From positions 30,082-94,081 of the forward strand of contig DLPX01000033.1 of assembly GCA_002477475.1 (NCBI GenBank): a stretch of DNA of 64,000 bases, given 5' to 3'. The notes under the pieces are model-generated. The model was given only the letters and a program-made list of their open reading frames with translations, did not search any database and was not told the DNA's origin. A program made the position numbers and the translations under genes. Position 1 is the stretch's first letter. Each line of letters begins with the position of its first letter. Source of the stretch: Proteobacteria bacterium UBA7447. Lineage in GTDB: Bacteria; Pseudomonadota; Gammaproteobacteria; Arenicellales; UBA868. Below are positions 58,811-64,000 of the stretch, one piece after another.

Positions 58811-59017
58811 TCGCTTCCTCCTCGCGGTTGAGATTAAAGTATGGCTGCCCGATCCAGCATGGGATTTCTAGGAAAGACTCCAAAACCTTGGTGGGTGTGC
58901 CCGAGTGACTAATAAAGCGATCAGAGATATTACTTCGCAAGCGCAGACTTGTCAGGGTGGAATTAAAAAGGAACCGCTGTCGCAGATCCTCCAGCCTCAT
59001 TCAGTCCTTAATCGAAT

Positions 59018-59803
59018 TCAACAGTTTTCAAGGGCGCCGGAGAAAATCGTACAACAGGGACCAGCGATCTGCACGCCAGCATCGAGTAGCTTGCAGTGCA
59101 TCTCACCGCCTTTTGGGGAAAGCTGTCTTGAGCTCAATTCCGTTTTTCCAAGCTTTGACGCCCAGTACGGAATCAGTGAACACTGGGCCACTCCCGAGAC
59201 CGGATCTTCCGGGACACCATTAGCTGGGGCAAAAAAACGCAGGACATAGTCTGAATCCCCACCAGCTGCCGTGACTGCAATTGTCGACAGATCTAAGGTC
59301 TGCAACGCATCGAGGTCCGGCTCGACCGAGGCTACTTCATCAGGATGGTCCAACACCGCAATATAATGGCGGCCCTTTAGAGTTACGGCTGGCATCAACC
59401 CGAGTCCGCGAATCAGGGCATCTGGCGGATCACAGCTGACAGGATCATCGGCGGGCAAAACGATCGCAACATTTCTCTGATCCTTAAATGCAGCCAACTC
59501 ACCGCTCATGGCTGAAAAAAAACGCGCCTCAGATCGGTCAGGTTCGAGCGAAGAGAACACCACATGGGCCGCTGCAAGCGTGGCATGACCCACCAGCGGG
59601 AGCTCTTTGGTTGGAGTAAACCAGCGGATGGAATATTCACCCTTATCACCTGAGATAAAAACACTCTCGGAGACATTGAATTCATTTGCAAGATGCTGAA
59701 ACTGCGTGTCTGATAAATCATCGGTTCCGACACAAACCACAGCCGGATTGCCACCGAATGGCTCCGCACTGAACGCATCGACCCAAAAGACATCATGCTT
59801 CAT
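59018..59803 (-). CDS. PhzF family isomerase/epimerase
   Basis: VDAFS.EPFGGNPAVV, SES, IRWFTP.KE, GHATLAAAH, RFFAP, EDPVSG; start reassigned to 59803. Confidence 0.9.
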   Translation of the reverse strand: MKHDVFWVDAFSAEPFGGNPAVVCVGTDDLSDTQFQHLANEFNVSESVFISGDKGEYSIRWFTPTKELPLVGHATLAAAHVVFSSLEPDRSEARFFSAMSGELAAFKDQRNVAIVLPADDPVSCDPPDALIRGLGLMPAVTLKGRHYIAVLDHPDEVASVEPDLDALQTLDLSTIAVTAAGGDSDYVLRFFAPANGVPEDPVSGVAQCSLIPYWASKLGKTELSSRQLSPKGGEMHCKLLDAGVQIAGPCCTIFSGALENC

Positions 59804-59863
59804 ACCTAATCCTCGAATTTGACGATAAGCCGAGTTCGGATTCACAGGAGCATGCATGTCCAG

Positions 59864-61018
59864 TCATCCGATCACCACCACCTCGCGAGGGTACTCGGTT
59901 AGATACTCAAATCCATCGGACGTGACCACTACCGAATCACCAATCCGCCCGCCGTAGTGACCATCGATCGAGATACCACCGTCGACAGCAAAGGTCATCC
60001 CTGCTTTCAATTCAGTGGTGTCCCCCGATTTGAGCTCCGGTGTTTCGAGGTACGCCATTCCGATAGATCGACCTGTTCGATAACTAGAGGCGTACCCCCT
60101 ATCCTGATAAACCTCATTAGCCGCTGCTGCGACGGCTTCGGCTCTTATCCCAGGACGTAGCACGCTCAAAGCCGCCTGCTGTGCATCGATCGCTGCTTGC
60201 TGAACATCCGCTGCCTGATCAGAGACATGAGAGATGTTAAACATTCGATCGAAGCCCAACTTGTACTGCTTGAACTGGGCCATGTTGCAGAAACAGAAGT
60301 ACACCGGATCGCCCGCCTGCAACCTCTTGACGCTCGCCCTTCTGTGCACCATTGAAGTGTCCATACCAGACTGCATGATCTGAAGGTTATGAATCATTGG
60401 CGACACAAACTGCTCCCAACCCTTGTCCGTCAAGAAATCTGCCGCTGCGCGGGTTCCGGCGTTAATCACTGCCAACGCCGCCTCATACTCCGGAACCCCT
60501 TCGGCGAGAGCCTCCTGGGCTGCACCCATCATGGCGGCAGCAACCAGGCCTGCCTGCTTCATTATTCCGATCTCAAATGGCGACTTCACGGTACGCATCT
60601 TTGCAATCAGAGGAGAGACATCTGACAATTGAGCCTCGTCTGATGCGCTCTCAAGCCAACTAAGCACTAAACCGGGCAGTACCGTTTTCTCGACTCCTAA
60701 GCGGCGGGGGAAGACCTTAAAAATCTGAGAGAGCACGTTTTCCCAATGGTTGGATCCTGCGTCCTCCCAGGTTCGTACATCAGAAATCCATGTCATAGCC
60801 GACACCATTTCACTCTCCATTAGCGGCGTTACCACAACAGGATCTCCGTCTGCCGGAACTATCAGGAAAGTGGGGCGTCCAAACTCTACCGACAGATATC
60901 CCCAAAATCCTGCGTAGTAGGCAATCGTGCTCTCATCGGTCAGAAGAGCGACGTCGACTTTGGCATCCTGGAGGTGTTCCTGCAGTTCCTTCAGGCGATT
61001 CTTTGCGTGTTCAAGCAT
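59864..61018 (-). CDS. M24 (Xaa-Pro peptidase/creatinase-fold) hydrolase lacking canonical metal ligands
   Basis: Creatinase-N domain, RTVKSPFEI; pita-bread domain with GFDR, RTGRSIG, VDGG and RIGD in place of SD, HxxGH, EPG and RIED. Confidence 0.85.
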   Translation of the reverse strand: MLEHAKNRLKELQEHLQDAKVDVALLTDESTIAYYAGFWGYLSVEFGRPTFLIVPADGDPVVVTPLMESEMVSAMTWISDVRTWEDAGSNHWENVLSQIFKVFPRRLGVEKTVLPGLVLSWLESASDEAQLSDVSPLIAKMRTVKSPFEIGIMKQAGLVAAAMMGAAQEALAEGVPEYEAALAVINAGTRAAADFLTDKGWEQFVSPMIHNLQIMQSGMDTSMVHRRASVKRLQAGDPVYFCFCNMAQFKQYKLGFDRMFNISHVSDQAADVQQAAIDAQQAALSVLRPGIRAEAVAAAANEVYQDRGYASSYRTGRSIGMAYLETPELKSGDTTELKAGMTFAVDGGISIDGHYGGRIGDSVVVTSDGFEYLTEYPREVVVIG

Positions 61019-61056
61019 AGATGCTTTCTCCTGATACTAGTCTTTCGGTACTTAGC

Positions 61057-62163
61057 TTACTGATCTCGGATACCGTTCGGCCACTGTGCATCCGGAACGA
61101 CAACGACTTTGCCTACGAAATTTTTTTTCATGAAGTAGGTCTGCGCCTCATGAAAGTCGGACAACTTGAACTGACTGTCCAGAATGGGCTTGATCCGACC
61201 AGTATTGACGTAGTCCATCAGTCTCTGGAAGGCGCCACGTGTGCCCTGAGAGGAGCCATGAATAGCAAGGTGTTTCAGGTATATCGTCCTGAGATCCAGC
61301 TGTACCAAGGGCCCCCCAATAGCGCCTGCTGTTGAATAGCGACCCTCGGGGCGCAGCAACTGCAGCAGTGGATTGAAGAGTTCACCTCCCACAAGATCGG
61401 CAACCACGTCCACAGCATGGCCTTCAAGAACTTGATGAGTGGCATCGATGAGGCTGGGACTCGCTCTATCGATGACCCCTTGCGCACCTAGCGCCTTTAC
61501 TGCTTGCAGTTTAGACGCGCTGGTTATGGCATAAGGGATTGCACCGCGAGCACGACAAAGTTGAATTAGACCAGACCCCACGCCACCTGATGCGCCGGTA
61601 ATTAGGACACGTTCGCCCGCCCGCACTTCCGCACGGTCAAGCATATGCTCACCCGTAAGATAGGCACAACAGAAAGTGGCAAGTTCTGCATCTGTCAGAT
61701 TATTGTCCGCGATATGGGCATTTTCGTCCGGAACAGCAATAAATTCGGCAAATCCTCCGTCGCGGCCATGCCCAATATAGTCGATATCGGCAAGACTATC
61801 GCCGTGATCGTTATAGATGCTGAAATCAACCATCACACGCTGTCCGATACGGTCTGCAGAAACGCCAGCCCCGACCGCAGCGATTATCCCGACAGAGTCC
61901 GCGCCCTGGATTCGGGGAAACGTCAACGTCTGCTCAGATGCACTTCGTCGCCATGAAGCTACCGCACTAGGATCTTCATCGGTACCGTAAGCACCCTTCC
62001 GAACCCACACGTCAGTATTGTTCAGACCACACGCCGTCACTTGTATCAAGACTTCTCCCGAAGCGGGGACAGGCACTGGAAAATCCTTGCGGTAGACGAG
62101 CTTGTCGAGATCTCCGTGACCAGTCAAAACGATCGCGGCCATCGTGGTTGGCAAATTGCTCAC
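61057..62163 (-). CDS. Medium-chain (zinc-type) alcohol dehydrogenase / quinone oxidoreductase family
   Basis: CGLNNTD, PRIQGAD, DGGFAE, LITGASGGVG, GKVVV. Confidence 0.9.
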   Translation of the reverse strand: MSNLPTTMAAIVLTGHGDLDKLVYRKDFPVPVPASGEVLIQVTACGLNNTDVWVRKGAYGTDEDPSAVASWRRSASEQTLTFPRIQGADSVGIIAAVGAGVSADRIGQRVMVDFSIYNDHGDSLADIDYIGHGRDGGFAEFIAVPDENAHIADNNLTDAELATFCCAYLTGEHMLDRAEVRAGERVLITGASGGVGSGLIQLCRARGAIPYAITSASKLQAVKALGAQGVIDRASPSLIDATHQVLEGHAVDVVADLVGGELFNPLLQLLRPEGRYSTAGAIGGPLVQLDLRTIYLKHLAIHGSSQGTRGAFQRLMDYVNTGRIKPILDSQFKLSDFHEAQTYFMKKNFVGKVVVVPDAQWPNGIRDQ

Positions 62164-62373
62164 AGTGTCTCCGTCTCTTCGGTTTCAATAACGCAGGCGA
62201 ACCTCGCACAGAACTCAGTCAATCATACATCTACATCACAGAAAAGAGTGAGCCGCTTTCCTTGGAGCCTGACGATCGGTCTGCAATAGTTACTAGACAC
62301 GAGGTCGCTCTTGAAGGACCCTCCTCTTTGTCCTCATGTAAGATTCGTTGTTTAAAGCGTGGCTCGGCGTCTT

Positions 62374-63402
62374 ATGGAATTCTCACACTTTTTAAACAGT
62401 CACCTGCTCGACCCTAGCATCGGCGCAAAACGTCTGTATCGCGAGATGCTGGAACAGGCTGTGCACGCTGAATCCTGCGGCTACCAGGGGGTATCCATCC
62501 CCGAGCACCACCTCGTCAATATTCTCCTTATGCCCTCACCGCTGCAGTTTGCGGTCAAGGTCGCCGCTCATACGGAGAGAATCGAGATCGCCACGTCAGT
62601 CTGCCAGCTGCCGTTGCGCGACATGCGCATCTTTGCCGGCGAAGTGATTCAAGCCCAAACGCTGTGCAATGGCCGACTGGTTTTGGGTGTGGGCAAAGGC
62701 GCTTTCGAATATGAAACTGACCGCATGGGAGTTACTTTCGAGACCACCAAACCGAAGTTTGAGGAAAGTCTTCAGGTGCTCGAGGCCCTTCTCTGGGAAA
62801 ATGAGGTTTCCTGGGATAGCGAGCATTACCATTTCGAACCCCTCACCGTGATGCCGCGACCTGAAGACCCGATTCCCATTGCACTTGCCATCATGGCACC
62901 GGGCGGGATCGAAGCCATGGCAGCGAAGGGCTATCACATCCAGACTACCCCGCTTGGCGCAAATCATGATGTTCTCGTAGAGCAGGTCAGCGCATTCTTC
63001 AGGGGCAGGGCTTTAGCCGGCACACATTCCCGCTCGCGCCTGTCGCTTCAGCGGGGGCTTTATCTCACCAAAAATGATGCGGATACCCAGAACAAGACCG
63101 CCCTCGCCTACCGTTACTACCAGAGCTTTGATAATGTCTTTGGAGGTCCAGGAATCGTCAAAGAGGGGGTCATCAAACCCCTGCCCCGAACCCAGTCTAT
63201 TGAACAACTCGGAGCAAATGTCCTTATCTGTGGCATCCAGGAAATGATTGACCGTCTTTCAGAATATGCCGAACTGGGCATCAGTGAGGTGATTGCGTCC
63301 TCCAACTTTGGCCAGGATCAATCTGAGACCCTGGAGATGATGGGCCGATTCAGCGAAGAGGTCATGCCGCACATTCGCTCGCTCAGTCGTGACGTTGCTT
63401 AA
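62374..63402 (+). CDS. Luciferase-like (LLM) flavin-dependent monooxygenase
   Basis: PEHH, PSPL, GRLVLGVGKG, PRP, FSEEVMPH; start reassigned to 62374. Confidence 0.9.
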   Translation: MEFSHFLNSHLLDPSIGAKRLYREMLEQAVHAESCGYQGVSIPEHHLVNILLMPSPLQFAVKVAAHTERIEIATSVCQLPLRDMRIFAGEVIQAQTLCNGRLVLGVGKGAFEYETDRMGVTFETTKPKFEESLQVLEALLWENEVSWDSEHYHFEPLTVMPRPEDPIPIALAIMAPGGIEAMAAKGYHIQTTPLGANHDVLVEQVSAFFRGRALAGTHSRSRLSLQRGLYLTKNDADTQNKTALAYRYYQSFDNVFGGPGIVKEGVIKPLPRTQSIEQLGANVLICGIQEMIDRLSEYAELGISEVIASSNFGQDQSETLEMMGRFSEEVMPHIRSLSRDVA

Positions 63403-63425
63403 ATTACCGACGACTGGACTGAATT

Positions 63426-64000
63426 ATGGCAATTCACTGTGCTTACACGATAGAAGGAGAAGGTCCAGCGCTCTTCCTGATTCACGGGATCGGCGCCCGG
63501 CGGGCAACTTTTGCTGGGCTGGTTGAAGGATTAAAGGACCGCTTCACCTGCATCCGTTACGATCTTCGTGGTCACGGTGAAAGCCCCACACCAGACACTC
63601 CCTTCAGCCTGCACGATCTGGTCGACGATTTGGAGGCCCTGCGATCGGCGCTCGGTGTTGAGCGCGCGCACTTCGCAGGCCACTCGCTGGGAGGGATGAT
63701 CGGCCCGGCCTATGCGAGACGCTATCCCGATCGGGTCCGTTCCCTGGGATTATGGTCTACCGCGGCCTTTCGAACGCCCGATGACAGCGCCAAGGTCAAT
63801 GCAGTCGTCAGCGCGATGCGGAGAAAAGGCATTCCACGAGTGCTCGATACCCTGTCTGCGCGTTGGTTCACGGATGAATTTATTGCCGAACGACCTGATC
63901 TCATTGAGAAACGAAAACAGCAGGTTATCGACACCCCGGCCGATGTCTTCCTGAATGTCTTCGATATCTATGCACAAACCGAGATGGCACCATGGCTTCA
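63426..64000 (+). CDS. Alpha/beta hydrolase (3-oxoadipate enol-lactonase-like), runs off window end
   Basis: Not in ORF track. Hand translation: MAIHCAYTIEGEGPALFLIHGIG...YDLRGHGES...GHSLGGMIG...RWFT. Confidence 0.88.
   Translation, partial: MAIHCAYTIEGEGPALFLIHGIGARRATFAGLVEGLKDRFTCIRYDLRGHGESPTPDTPFSLHDLVDDLEALRSALGVERAHFAGHSLGGMIGPAYARRYPDRVRSLGLWSTAAFRTPDDSAKVNAVVSAMRRKGIPRVLDTLSARWFTDEFIAERPDLIEKRKQQVIDTPADVFLNVFDIYAQTEMAPWL

Noticed and set aside
1-64000. CRISPR arrays, transposases, integrases, prophage or defence systems
   Set aside because: No regularly spaced repeats or relevant protein motifs were seen; nearly all sequence is accounted for by metabolic genes

Overview
A 64-kb, gene-dense bacterial segment of roughly 55% GC (estimated by eye). 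Gene content suggests a marine proteobacterium; this is an inference. The window is dominated by C1, organosulfur and methylated-amine metabolism. Its centrepiece (about 20.7-37.5 kb) is a methanesulfonate (MSA) utilisation island. It holds msmABCD monooxygenase (MsmA has the diagnostic CxH-x26-CxxH Rieske motif) and an msmEFGH-like ABC importer with a second ATPase, the two ATPases forming an asymmetric pair with one degenerate site. It also holds a TauE sulfite exporter and a LysR regulator. Embedded in the island are unexpected partners: a divergent PanB-like hydroxymethyltransferase with a histone-like Lys/Ala tail, a stand-alone GcvT-like folate-binding protein, and a GldA/GldF-GldG-like ABC system. 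Together these suggest a possibly undescribed route for capturing MSA-derived formaldehyde. Flanking regions encode malate synthase G with IclR, a partial serine-cycle block (mcl-mtkA-mtkB plus an actinobacterial-looking ppc), MetF, two MttB-family methyltransferases (one broken by two in-frame stops), and a dimethylglycine-dehydrogenase-like enzyme. They also encode hydroxyproline/opine-type catabolic enzymes, a ferredoxin-reductase fusion, DinB, and a putative amidine/guanidino catabolic operon. No rRNA, convincing tRNA, CRISPR array or transposase was seen. Three degraded genes were found (LysR, MttB, GST fragment). All family calls come from motif recognition without database searches.
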